64,000 nucleotides of DNA from contig JAGAED010000006.1 in the NCBI GenBank assembly GCA_017613275.1, positions 24,841 to 88,840 on the forward strand. Reading direction: 5' to 3'. Positions 27,701 through 37,031 of this stretch are shown here, piece by piece. A program made the translations under genes and the position numbers. The notes under the pieces are model-generated. The model did no database searches, had not been told where the DNA came from, and saw only the letters and a program-made list of their open reading frames with translations. This stretch comes from Clostridia bacterium (GTDB lineage Bacteria; Bacillota; Clostridia; TANB77; CAG-508). Position 1 is the first letter of the stretch. Each line of letters opens with the position of its first letter.

Positions 27701-30700
27701 TGAAATTAAGAAAAATAGGAACTTTACCAGAAGGAGCAGGAGGAAGTGCTTATCAAGGCTATTCTACAGTATTTTCAACAACACCTGCAACACTTGAACC
27801 AGATCCAGATGCAACAATAACACTAGAAAATGGTACAACATATTATATGTGGTATAACAGAAGAGTATTTACAATAACATTAACTGATAGTGAAAAAGGT
27901 TTAATTACTGCTGAAACAGTAATACAACAAGGAAATCATGTAACTTTACCATCACTAAATGGAGAAGATAGAATTATAGATGCAAAATATGGAGATTCAT
28001 TAAGATTAACAGCAATACCATATGATGGATATACATTTACAGGATGGTCTGGTGGATATGTGAGTGGAACTTCAAATCCAGTAGAAGGTTCAGCAATTAC
28101 AGATTTTAAAACTGTAACAGCATCTTATACATATACCGCAACACCAGTGATTACAAGAACAGCTTATAATACGTTTTCAGTAAGTGCACCATTTGGAGCA
28201 GAATATATTATAAGTAAAACACAAACAACAAAACCTGTAGCAGGGGCAAGTGGATGGTCAACTACAACAACTAAAACAACAAGTACATCAGCAAAAGAAA
28301 CTTGGTATGTATGGGCAAAAGATTCATCAGGAGTAGTATCTCCAAATTGTTCAACAATAACAAATTACCAAGTAACACTAACAGCTGGAACAGGAACAAC
28401 ATTAACAGCAAAAGCAGATAGAAATATACAATCATCACCTGCAGTAACTAGTGCAATGTATGTGCTAGCGGGAACACCTGTATATCCAACAGGTGCAACA
28501 TTAAATGGATACAATTCTTTGGTTATAAAAAATGGAGATGTTGCAATCGCAAATTCAAGTAGCCAAACAATTAATGCAAATACAACATTTACAACTAGCG
28601 CGTCTGAAAATGTTGTAACAATAAATATTAAAAAAGATGATGTGGCATGGCCAGCAAGTGGAATTAAAGTAACATTGTATAATGGCTCAACTCCAACTGC
28701 TTATACTGCAACTGTTAGTGAAAGTGGAGTAAGTTCAGCAACATTTACTAATGTGCCAAATGGAACATATAAGATATATGCTGGAAAAGAAAATTTTGAT
28801 CCGGAAAACTTAATTGATAGCAAATTGGAGGTAACTGTAAATAATAATAGCCCATCTGCTATTACATTGGATTATTATAGTTTAACTTTAAGAACAGGAA
28901 ATGGAGTAGATGTTGTATTAGCGGATGATATATGGTCAGATATAGAATTTGAAAGACTATACTTAAATACACAACAAAGTATAAATATTAGAGCTTATCC
29001 AGAAGAAGGATATTCATTTGATAGATGGACACCAGGAGAATATTTGCCTGACAACTTTACAGCTACTTCTGAAATGCAAACGATAAGGATGGTAGCACAT
29101 CCTGTAACATTAACAGCTAGTGCACATGATATAACTGCTCCAGAAGTAAGCATAGATGGAGGAATAGCTTTAAAGAGTACAAGTCAAACTGTAGCATTAA
29201 AGGGAAGTGACGGAGTAGGAATAACTGGATACTATTGGGGAACAACAGAACCTACTTCTGCAGAATCATGTACAACAACAACAGCTTCACATCTAACAGC
29301 AATAAATAGTTCTAACGGATTAAGTAAAACAATTAGTTCGACAGGAACATATTGGTTTGCATGTAGAGATGCAGCAGGAAATTGGAATAAAACATCTATT
29401 ACAATAGTAAGTTATACAGTAAATAACTTATTGGAAAAAATAGAAGGTGAAAGAAATACATTTACTAATGCAAATTATACAAGCGTAAGTACTGGAACAT
29501 ATATTGTTAGAAGCGGAAGACCTTTAACAATAGATGAAATAAGAACAGTGCCAACAGAATCAACAGGAGCAACAGTTAATGAATATAGAGGATACTCAAC
29601 AACCTTTAATACAACCCCTGCAAGTGTGGATACAACATATACACCACAAGCAACTAATGGCGCAACATATTATATTTGGTTTAATAGAACAACATTTACA
29701 GTAACATTAAATAAAAACGTAAAAGGTGGTATTTCGGCAGAAACTGTAACATTACAAAATAACAGTGTATCAGTTGCAAGTAACTCATCTTCAAATAAAA
29801 CTTTAAGCGTTAAATATGGAGATACAGTAAGAGTAACAGCCCAAGCAAATTCTGGATATACATTTACAGGATGGTCAGGTGGATATGTAAGTGGAGATAC
29901 AAACCCTACAACTGGTGCAGAAGTTACAGAAAACAAAACTGTAACAGCATCATTTGAGGATAGAACAGCTCCAAGAATAAAAGTTCAAGCTTTTGAATAT
30001 TCAAGTACAGCAACAAATTATGCAGGAGATGCATTAAATAATGAAATATCATTTTCAGGATCTGCTAGTACAAATGAATATGTGGGAAATCAACATTGGA
30101 CTAATAAAGGTGTAACATTTAAATTTACTGTTTATGATGAAGTAGGTGTAACAGGAGCTACATGGAGATATAATCCTACTGGACAATACACAGATACAGG
30201 AGATTCATATAATGAAAATCCAAGTACATGGTCAAATGGTGGAACAAATGGAATTAGATACTTAAATTTACAAGGAGCTGGAAGGAGAAAAGCACAATAT
30301 ATCGTACGAGATGCAGCAGGAAATGAAACAACTGTAACAGTTATTGCAAAAATTGATAAAACTGCTCCAACACTTTCAGGAACAGTTACTGCTAATATAG
30401 ATAGTTCAGATAAATTAACTGTAAAACTTGCTATATCTAGTGCATCTGATGTTGGCGGAGGAATTACAAGGTATGGAGTATATGATGGAGATACTGAATT
30501 AGCAGGAACTAATTCAACTGGAACAACAGGAACTAAAACAATAGAATTATCAAATAATACGGATTGGTATTCAAAGGATTTAGTTGTAAAAGCATTTGAT
30601 GATGCAACAAATGTATCAAATGGGGTACCAATAAGCTATTATACTATAAATAGTTTAAATGGCTTTAGCGGATTATCAATGTGCGTAAAATCAGCCAGTG

Positions 30701-33003
30701 CGACAAATACAAATGATAAAATAAGATTTAAGGGTAGAACTGTAAAACAAATTTCTGATATTTATATTACTAAGGATGGGGCAACTTTATATCCTATTGG
30801 ATATAGGGGTTTGAATTCAAATAATGAAGAAACAAATTATGGATTTGAAGGAACTTTTGATGGACAAAATTATAAAATTGAAAGCTTAGCATTTCCGAAT
30901 ACAACATACTATGTTGAAAATGGATTATTTGGATGTACAAAAAATGCTACTATAAAAAATGTAAATTTAGTATATATAAATAGGGAGAGTAGTCCACTAA
31001 TGGAGGGTGTTAATTATACAAATCGAGAATCGCCAACCATGGGAGGAATCGTTGGAACAGCAACTAACACGAAAATAAGTAATTGTACTGTTTCTGGATG
31101 GATTGAATCATATATAACAGGATCAAAAAATGGTGAAGCTTATATTGGAGGAATTTGTGCAAGAGCACTTGGTGGAACAGAAATTACTGGATGTACTAAT
31201 AATGCATATATTGAATCTGCAGGTCCAACTTTTGATAGAGCTGAGGCAGATGTAAAAGTATATACAGGAGGAATAGCGGGGTATGTTAGTAATGATTCAA
31301 AGGTTAAGACTAATGTAGTAAATAATGGAATTATTTATGGTGCTTATGAAACTGGTGGTGTAGTTGCTTATGCCTGTGGAGAAATTTCAGGATGTACCAA
31401 TAATGCAGATATATCAAGTTCTAATAATTTTAACAATACGGCGGATGCGCTAGGAGGAATTGTTGGTAGAGCACATAATACAAGTACTTCAAAACCTTGT
31501 ACAATTACAAATTGTACAAATAGAGGCCAAATAAGTTCATATTCAATAACAAGAGATGGTTATGCAAATCTAGGAGGAATTGCTGGAAAAAATGATGGAG
31601 CTACAATTAGTTCATGTACAAATGATTATGCCGTATTTACATACCATGGTTCTGGGGTTGGAGGAATTGTAGGAAATAATAATGGAGGAACAGTACAAAA
31701 TTCAATTAATAATGGGATAATTGATTATTATTACAATCGAGACAATGAATTTGCATGCATGGGAGGTATTGCAGGTATAAACTATGGTGGAACAATAAAC
31801 GAATGTTCTGCAGATAATGCTGTTTCAACAATGAACTATAAAATTCAACGTATAGGAGGAATAGTTGGCCAAAATTCTAATAATGGTAGTAAAATAGCAA
31901 GTATTACAAATTGTACTGTAACAGCCGATGTTCTTGCTTACCAATATGTAGGAGGAGTTGCAGGAGAAAATATTGATGGAACAATAAGTGGATGTACAGT
32001 AGATCTAACTGAGGCAAAAGATATTGTAGGTGCAATTAAATATGTAGGAGGAGTTGCAGGAAGCAATGGTGGTACTATTTCTAACTGTAATGTAAGTAAT
32101 AAATATTTAATGGGAAGAAATACTGGTGGTGGTATAGCAGGAGAAAATACAGGAAGAATTGATGGTTGCAATGTTTTGGCTTCAAATAATACGCTATTTA
32201 TAGAGGCACCTGCTGTGGATGATGATACTCTTTACAAATATATTGGAGGAATTTCAGGGAAAAATTCGGGAACTATTGTTAATTCACAATTTTTAGCCAA
32301 AATAGGAAGTACAAATCCAACTAACTCAAGTAAGTATTCAGAAGTAGGAGGAATTACAGGATACAGCTCAAGTACAGGAAATATATCAAGTTGCTCAGTA
32401 AATTCATCTTTAATTGGAGGAAAAAGCAACGTAGGAGGAATTGTTGGAAAAAATGAAGGAGACATAACTGGATGTGGAGTAAAAGGACAAATTTATGCTT
32501 ATAATTCATCAAGTGCCTATGTTGGAGGAATAGCAGGAGATAATGTTGGATATATTTCATTGTGTTATAATAGAGCTAAAGTTGGTTCTACAACCAACTA
32601 TGTTAGATATACAGGAGGAATTGCAGGAGAAAATGGAAGAAATAGTACGCTAGTAGGAAGAATAGAGTATTGTTATAATGGCGGAACTATATATGGGGAT
32701 GCGAATACAGGAGGAATTTCTGGAAACAATAATGCAACAATAGAATATTGCTTCAATGTAATGAGGTCATATAATGTTTCTACAGGTACAAATTATGAGA
32801 TAACAGGAAATACTTATGGTGGAACTTGTAATCAATGTTTATATAGATCAGTGTATTCAAATGGAAATGATTTTGGTACTCGACTATCAGATACAGAATT
32901 ACATGCAACATTAGGTCAAGCGCCATGGACAAATTACTTCAAAGAAGACGACAATATACCACCAATAAACTCTAGTTGGCCAATACTTGTTTGGGAAGAA
33001 TAA
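24712..33003 (+). CDS. Giant membrane-anchored repeat protein (2763 aa): Ig-like DNTAPT modules, Listeria-Bacteroides repeats, two ~830-nt duplicated modules, long C-terminal GLUG-like beta-helix
   Basis: ATG 24712 after AAAGGAGAG (the ORF-track start at 24670 reads through the PAL repeat); TM helix IIFAVAAILLVMGVVCGVVL; GYT(F/Y).GW repeats; more than 20 GGI(V/A)G...I..C periodic repeats between about 30916 and 32760. Confidence 0.9.
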   Translation: MQKLKGKGKQIIFAVAAILLVMGVVCGVVLNNNTQHVSKEIPIKVKVLGISESATSESLVNGDNSEEGEKTGTTEVSRIGAIEPEKADVTVGDLNYANKDNTIRLELDGTDNFKVQNSTLTIDQIVVKVNGTQVNATKSFESGPEELNDGQNGKKYVLALTNVTGDGVLSIVIPANTLTDEAGNTNDEITSTFDTQVIIDNTAPTKPTWNAYFVDGSGAYTSGNWTAKEVRTAVSAVDMGSGVEKIQYSVNDGTWTDCSLAITAVANGIFSSGDTWTFETGKNDNIRFRAIDYVGNVSSISDIFNVKYDNTAPTLSLSLNPLGYAEAIDINVTSSDTYSSIATTKYAKGNHDVAYFVSNGDNVANNTCTVTENGTYTVYVEDEAGNGAVATIVVDKIDKTAPVIEANNVFNGTSISFTAKDIVPDSNEAPSGVVGYQITNSSTAPTSGWTNLEVPAVETVDGKQQTSKAVTISNSGLSAGTYYIWVIDAVGHKTSKEISVAYNVTFDYQDEGTYSKDFLDTGYTIDWSKSFRVEETFRVGALGKDYLLFGNYPTKGTLNIEVASDNKIRVYITDSSTNTAISDVKSSATIANNEDISLVFEWNSLTKKYSVTAIGTTTNITMNSDTINITRTAENTSRVGQDHRDTTYETFKKISIKAFKIIENVPNVAGIGTFPTVGKTGYTYNGWFTQATGGTQKTSFADLTTNETLYAQKTANTYSVQYNGNNSTSGSMSNSSHTYDVAKNLTANAFGRQYTVTYNHNYQGSVNENKTGTYSFSGWATSANGLKTYDDGQSVTNLSSTNNDTVNLYAVWTGGSIDYTPTRTDYSFGGWYTNSDCTGTRVDTDGVYTPTANTTLYAKWMDQNIPVLTIEGGITDKVTATTGQVVTLKAHDNDGITAYYWGTTEPTQLSDITNGSLSNLAAIQGESGLNQTINSTGTYWFACRDITGNWDKKSITIISYTVDNLIENIDGAGDTYTNANYTSAINKTYIIKDGTSLKLRKIGTLPEGAGGSAYQGYSTVFSTTPATLEPDPDATITLENGTTYYMWYNRRVFTITLTDSEKGLITAETVIQQGNHVTLPSLNGEDRIIDAKYGDSLRLTAIPYDGYTFTGWSGGYVSGTSNPVEGSAITDFKTVTASYTYTATPVITRTAYNTFSVSAPFGAEYIISKTQTTKPVAGASGWSTTTTKTTSTSAKETWYVWAKDSSGVVSPNCSTITNYQVTLTAGTGTTLTAKADRNIQSSPAVTSAMYVLAGTPVYPTGATLNGYNSLVIKNGDVAIANSSSQTINANTTFTTSASENVVTINIKKDDVAWPASGIKVTLYNGSTPTAYTATVSESGVSSATFTNVPNGTYKIYAGKENFDPENLIDSKLEVTVNNNSPSAITLDYYSLTLRTGNGVDVVLADDIWSDIEFERLYLNTQQSINIRAYPEEGYSFDRWTPGEYLPDNFTATSEMQTIRMVAHPVTLTASAHDITAPEVSIDGGIALKSTSQTVALKGSDGVGITGYYWGTTEPTSAESCTTTTASHLTAINSSNGLSKTISSTGTYWFACRDAAGNWNKTSITIVSYTVNNLLEKIEGERNTFTNANYTSVSTGTYIVRSGRPLTIDEIRTVPTESTGATVNEYRGYSTTFNTTPASVDTTYTPQATNGATYYIWFNRTTFTVTLNKNVKGGISAETVTLQNNSVSVASNSSSNKTLSVKYGDTVRVTAQANSGYTFTGWSGGYVSGDTNPTTGAEVTENKTVTASFEDRTAPRIKVQAFEYSSTATNYAGDALNNEISFSGSASTNEYVGNQHWTNKGVTFKFTVYDEVGVTGATWRYNPTGQYTDTGDSYNENPSTWSNGGTNGIRYLNLQGAGRRKAQYIVRDAAGNETTVTVIAKIDKTAPTLSGTVTANIDSSDKLTVKLAISSASDVGGGITRYGVYDGDTELAGTNSTGTTGTKTIELSNNTDWYSKDLVVKAFDDATNVSNGVPISYYTINSLNGFSGLSMCVKSASATNTNDKIRFKGRTVKQISDIYITKDGATLYPIGYRGLNSNNEETNYGFEGTFDGQNYKIESLAFPNTTYYVENGLFGCTKNATIKNVNLVYINRESSPLMEGVNYTNRESPTMGGIVGTATNTKISNCTVSGWIESYITGSKNGEAYIGGICARALGGTEITGCTNNAYIESAGPTFDRAEADVKVYTGGIAGYVSNDSKVKTNVVNNGIIYGAYETGGVVAYACGEISGCTNNADISSSNNFNNTADALGGIVGRAHNTSTSKPCTITNCTNRGQISSYSITRDGYANLGGIAGKNDGATISSCTNDYAVFTYHGSGVGGIVGNNNGGTVQNSINNGIIDYYYNRDNEFACMGGIAGINYGGTINECSADNAVSTMNYKIQRIGGIVGQNSNNGSKIASITNCTVTADVLAYQYVGGVAGENIDGTISGCTVDLTEAKDIVGAIKYVGGVAGSNGGTISNCNVSNKYLMGRNTGGGIAGENTGRIDGCNVLASNNTLFIEAPAVDDDTLYKYIGGISGKNSGTIVNSQFLAKIGSTNPTNSSKYSEVGGITGYSSSTGNISSCSVNSSLIGGKSNVGGIVGKNEGDITGCGVKGQIYAYNSSSAYVGGIAGDNVGYISLCYNRAKVGSTTNYVRYTGGIAGENGRNSTLVGRIEYCYNGGTIYGDANTGGISGNNNATIEYCFNVMRSYNVSTGTNYEITGNTYGGTCNQCLYRSVYSNGNDFGTRLSDTELHATLGQAPWTNYFKEDDNIPPINSSWPILVWEE

Positions 33004-33027
33004 CATATATAATAGAAGGGGGCTTAC

Positions 33028-33900
33028 ATGAAGAAGAAAATAAAACTATCTAAAAAAAATATAATAATCTTAAGCATAATATTTGTGGGTTTAATATTAG
33101 TGTTGATATGGGTAATTTACTTAAAAAATAATACTATAGTATTTAAAAGTACAGAAGATGTTAAAGATGATTTATTAGAAATACAAAGTAATGTAAAAGA
33201 TGATAGAAAGTATGAAATTGATAATCCTTTATATAAGGAAGATGTAGGAGTCTCAAGAGAGACTCTCTACATCAAAGAAAATGCTTCTTCCAAAATAAAA
33301 GAAGCTGCAAAAGGAACAGATGTAGGGTTTGAAACAAACAACAAATCTGAAAATGGAATGCTTATAATAGACACATATGAAGGAACATCAGCAATAGAAT
33401 ATAAAGTATTGAGTCACACAAAAGATTTTTTAGATGTCGAAATATATTCTTATAAAAACTTATGTGATTTATCATATATTATGGGAAGTATTGAAGATAA
33501 AAAAATCGTTGAAGAAGGTAATGACCAATTACCAAAATGCATGATAGCATCTAATACAACATATACTCTTTCAAGCAATTTTGAAGGTGGAACAAACATT
33601 GCATTTTTCCTTGATGCTGATAAGAAATTTATTAGCAGTACAACAGAAAAAACATTTACAACACCTGCAAATGCAAGGTATATAAAGATTATTACAGAAA
33701 ACGTAGAAGATAAAAAAGATACAGCTATCTCATATAACTTGGTTTTAGGAGATAAACCTTCAAATGAATTTATCTTTAACAAGGCAAAAACTTCTATAGA
33801 TGTAAACGATAATTACCAAAATCTTATTCCATTTAATACTGAAAAATCAGTTCTTTATATAGATGGCGGAGACATCGAAATAAATTATGTAACAAAATAA
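33028..33900 (+). CDS. Membrane-anchored protein (290 aa) with a jelly-roll/CBM-like module related to those in giant protein 1
   Basis: ATG after AGAAGGGGG, 24 nt after the giant gene 2 stop; TM helix IIILSIIFVGLILVLIWVIYL; SNTTYTLSSNF...IAFFLDADKKFISS...FTTPANARYIKI parallels SPNTKYRLSVNN...VWFYDNDKAFIST...FTTPSNCHYIRT. Confidence 0.8.
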   Translation: MKKKIKLSKKNIIILSIIFVGLILVLIWVIYLKNNTIVFKSTEDVKDDLLEIQSNVKDDRKYEIDNPLYKEDVGVSRETLYIKENASSKIKEAAKGTDVGFETNNKSENGMLIIDTYEGTSAIEYKVLSHTKDFLDVEIYSYKNLCDLSYIMGSIEDKKIVEEGNDQLPKCMIASNTTYTLSSNFEGGTNIAFFLDADKKFISSTTEKTFTTPANARYIKIITENVEDKKDTAISYNLVLGDKPSNEFIFNKAKTSIDVNDNYQNLIPFNTEKSVLYIDGGDIEINYVTK

Positions 33901-33902
33901 AT

Positions 33903-33941
33903 TTTGGCAAGAGAGAATTCTCTTGCCAAATTTTTATTTTT
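33903..33941 (+). terminator. Rho-independent terminator
   Basis: TTGGCAAGAGAGAATTCTCTTGCCAA hairpin followed by ATTTTTATTTTT. Confidence 0.8.
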
Positions 33942-33986
33942 ATAGTATATTTACAAATGGAAAAAACAAAGGAAAGGATTATTATA

Positions 33987-36173
33987 ATGGAAAAGATTAT
34001 TAAAACAATTGCTGAGGAACTTAGTATTAAGCCTACTCAGGTTGAAGCAACAATTAAATTGATTGATGAAGGTAACACTATTCCTTTTATTGCACGTTAT
34101 AGAAAGGAAGTCACTGGAGGCCTAAGTGACGAAATTTTAAGAGATTTGGCTGATAGATTGAATTACTTGAGAAATTTAGAGCAAAGGAAACAAGAGGTTA
34201 TAAACTCTATTGAAGAACAAGGAAAGTTGACAGATGAAATATTGCAAAGTGTTGCAATAGCTAAGACTTTAGCAGAGGTAGAAGATATTTATAGACCATA
34301 CAAGCAAAAGAAGAAGACTAGAGCTACAGTTGCTAAAGCAAAGGGATTGGAACCCTTAGCTGACATTATTGTTTCACAAGAGGAAAAGAAAGATATTTTT
34401 GAGATAGCAAAAGATTTTATAAATGTAGATAAATTATCAGATGAAGACAAGAAAAATAAAGATAAAGTTGTAAATACTGCTGAAGAAGCGGTTCAAGGAG
34501 CTTTAGATATTATTGCTGAAAATATTTCAGATAATGCAAAATATAGAAAAGAAATAAAAAGATTGTGTTACAGAGAAGGATTGATTGTTACAAAAGCTTC
34601 AAATGAAGAGGAAAAGACAAATTATGAGATGTATTATGACTTTAATGAGGCTATTAAATTCATTCCAAGTCATAGAATTCTTGCTATTAACAGAGGAGAA
34701 AAGGAAGAAGCTATTAAGGTTAAAATTGAAAAGCCAGAAGAAAAGATTTTAGCATACATCGAAAGAGATATTCTTAAGAAGGAAGAAACTCAATTCACTC
34801 AAATGCTAAAAGACACAATTTTAGATGCTTTCAAGCGTTTGATTGAACCATCAATTGAAAGAGAAATTCGTTCAGATTTAACAGAGAAGGCTGAAGAAAA
34901 GGCGATAAAAGTATTTGGTCAAAATTCTAAGCAATTGCTTTTGGGTGCGCCAATCAAAGGAAAAACAGTTATGGGATTTGACCCAGCATATAGAACAGGC
35001 TGCAAAATAGCTGTAATTGACGAAACAGGAAAGGTGCTAGATTACACGACAGTGTATCCAACAGAACCTCAAAATGATGTTGTTGGAGCTAAAAAAGAGC
35101 TTTTAAAATTGATAGAAAAAGATAAAATTGACATGATTGCTATCGGAAATGGAACTGCTTCTCGTGAGTCTGAAATGTTTGTTGCAGATATGTTAAAAGA
35201 TACTGCACGCAATGTAAGCTATGTTATAGTAAGCGAAGCAGGAGCTTCTGTTTATTCTGCTTCTAAACTTGCAACAGAAGAATATCCAGATATAAATGTT
35301 TCAATTAGAGGTGCTATTTCTATTGCAAGACGTCTACAAGACCCATTAGCAGAGCTTGTTAAAATTGATCCAAAGGCTATTGGGGTTGGTCAATATCAAC
35401 ATGATGTTAACCAAAAAAGATTAGCTGAAAGCTTGTCTGGAGTAGTTGAAGACAGTGTTAACAAAGTTGGAGTTGATGTAAATACTGCAACACCATCACT
35501 TTTGAGCTATGTTTCTGGAATAAATTCTACAATAGCAAAAAATATTGTTAAATACAGAGATGAAAACGGAAAGTTGAAAAATAGAAAGCAATTATTAAAG
35601 GTTCCAAAGCTTGGAAAAGTTGCATTTGAACAATGTGCTGGATTTTTGAGAATTATGGATGGGGATAATCCACTAGAGATAACAGCGGTTCACCCAGAAA
35701 GCTATGATGCAACAGAAAAACTTTTGAAGTCAATTGGATTTGATAAAGAAGACCTAAGAAACAAAGAAAAATTAACAGATTTAAGACAAAAACTAAAAGA
35801 AATAAATGTTGCCAAAACTGCTGCAGAGCTTGGAATTGGCGAGATGACATTAACAGACATAATTGCCGAACTTGCAAAACCTGGTAGAGATCCAAGAGAT
35901 GAGATGCCAAAACCAATTTTAAGACAAGATGTTTTAAAATTAGAAGACCTAAAAGAAGGTATGATTTTAACTGGAACAGTTAGAAACGTAATAGATTTCG
36001 GAGCATTTGTCGATATAGGTGTAAAATATGATGGATTAGTTCATATATCTGAAATGAGCGAAAAATTCATAAAAAATCCATCAGACATTGTTTCAGTTGG
36101 CGATATTGTTAAAGTTCGTGTAATAAAAATCGATATGGAGCGCAAAAAAGTTTCACTATCTATGAAAATTTAA
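33987..36173 (+). CDS. tex: Transcription accessory protein Tex (YqgF/HhH/S1 domains)
   Basis: N-terminal TIPFIARYRKE signature, central YqgF-like region, C-terminal S1 domain (GTVRNVIDFGAFVDIG...VHISE); ATG 33987 after AAGGAAAGGA. Confidence 0.93.
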   Translation: MEKIIKTIAEELSIKPTQVEATIKLIDEGNTIPFIARYRKEVTGGLSDEILRDLADRLNYLRNLEQRKQEVINSIEEQGKLTDEILQSVAIAKTLAEVEDIYRPYKQKKKTRATVAKAKGLEPLADIIVSQEEKKDIFEIAKDFINVDKLSDEDKKNKDKVVNTAEEAVQGALDIIAENISDNAKYRKEIKRLCYREGLIVTKASNEEEKTNYEMYYDFNEAIKFIPSHRILAINRGEKEEAIKVKIEKPEEKILAYIERDILKKEETQFTQMLKDTILDAFKRLIEPSIEREIRSDLTEKAEEKAIKVFGQNSKQLLLGAPIKGKTVMGFDPAYRTGCKIAVIDETGKVLDYTTVYPTEPQNDVVGAKKELLKLIEKDKIDMIAIGNGTASRESEMFVADMLKDTARNVSYVIVSEAGASVYSASKLATEEYPDINVSIRGAISIARRLQDPLAELVKIDPKAIGVGQYQHDVNQKRLAESLSGVVEDSVNKVGVDVNTATPSLLSYVSGINSTIAKNIVKYRDENGKLKNRKQLLKVPKLGKVAFEQCAGFLRIMDGDNPLEITAVHPESYDATEKLLKSIGFDKEDLRNKEKLTDLRQKLKEINVAKTAAELGIGEMTLTDIIAELAKPGRDPRDEMPKPILRQDVLKLEDLKEGMILTGTVRNVIDFGAFVDIGVKYDGLVHISEMSEKFIKNPSDIVSVGDIVKVRVIKIDMERKKVSLSMKI

Positions 36174-36208
36174 ACCTTGTTTTCTGGGACACTCCCCAAA
36201 AACAAGGC
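36173..36208 (+). terminator. PAL palindrome copy immediately after the tex stop
   Basis: AACCTTGTTTTCTGGGACACTCCCCAAAAACAAGGCT. Confidence 0.7.
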
Positions 36209-36227
36209 TCAAAAGTTCAAAAAACAC

Positions 36228-36256
36228 TTGCTTTTTATTGTTAATACTAATATAAT
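36228..36256 (+). promoter_or_regulatory. Putative promoter (TTGCTT-17-TATAAT)
   Basis: Hexamers at 36228-36233 and 36251-36256. Confidence 0.5.
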
Positions 36257-36285
36257 GTAGAAAAAACATTCAGAGGTGATGCGAA

Positions 36286-36978
36286 TTGAATAATGAACCA
36301 ATTGCATTAGAAATAGACGAAGAAATGTCAGAAATGAAAAAGATGAATGACGAATTAACTGAAACAAATGCAGTACTTGAAAGTGCGTATTTGGAATTAG
36401 TTGAAACACTAAGACTTGCCGTTGAGGCAAAAGACAATTACACAAGAGGTCATTCAGATAGAGTTTCTGCATATTCTGTATTATTAGGAGAAAAGTTAGG
36501 CTTATCAACAAGAAGGTTGAAAACTCTTCGTATAGGAGGAATCTTCCATGATGTTGGTAAAATTGGCGTGCCTGATAGTATTTTGTTAAAGGAAAATGGC
36601 TTAAATGACAATGAATATGCTGAAATAAAGAAGCATACAGTTGTTGGAGCCGACATGTTGCAGCCAGTTTCATATTTTAAAAACATTTTACCGATCATAA
36701 AATATCATCATGAAAAATATGATGGAACTGGTTATCCGGAAGGTTTAAAAGGAGAAAAAATTCCATATTTGGCACGAATTGTAGCAGTGGCAGATAGTTT
36801 TGATGCCATGACTTCTAGACGTTCTTATAGGAATTCCTTGACAAGAAAAAAAGTTATTAAACAGTTCGAAATTGGAAGAGGAACGCAATTTGATCCGCAA
36901 ATTGCCGATGTAATGTTAGATATTATTAATAATGAACCTGAGAAAATAAAAGAAATTCAAAATAGGTTCGAAAATTAA
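36286..36978 (+). CDS. HD-GYP domain protein (cyclic-dinucleotide phosphodiesterase family)
   Basis: RGHSDRV, FHDVGKIGVP, HHEKYDGTGYPEGL and ADSFDAMTS motifs; TTG start after AGAGGTGA. Confidence 0.88.
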   Translation: MNNEPIALEIDEEMSEMKKMNDELTETNAVLESAYLELVETLRLAVEAKDNYTRGHSDRVSAYSVLLGEKLGLSTRRLKTLRIGGIFHDVGKIGVPDSILLKENGLNDNEYAEIKKHTVVGADMLQPVSYFKNILPIIKYHHEKYDGTGYPEGLKGEKIPYLARIVAVADSFDAMTSRRSYRNSLTRKKVIKQFEIGRGTQFDPQIADVMLDIINNEPEKIKEIQNRFEN

Positions 36979-37031
36979 AAAATAGTTCACGATGCAAAAG
37001 CTCAATTATATGTGAACGGATGGAGGAAGAA

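Noticed and set aside
2836-33003. A diversity-generating retroelement or other hypervariation system acting on the giant proteins
   Set aside because: There is no reverse transcriptase gene. I found no template/variable repeat pair with adenine-specific differences. Internal repeats are ordinary module duplications.
21185-33941. A genomic island integrated at tRNA-Cys (coiled-coil gene + giant gene 2 + partner gene)
   Set aside because: No integrase or recombinase is present. I could not find a direct repeat of the tRNA-Cys 3' end (GGTTCAAATCCGGGTGTCGCC) near 33900-33990 or elsewhere downstream. The question remains open only as a synteny comparison.
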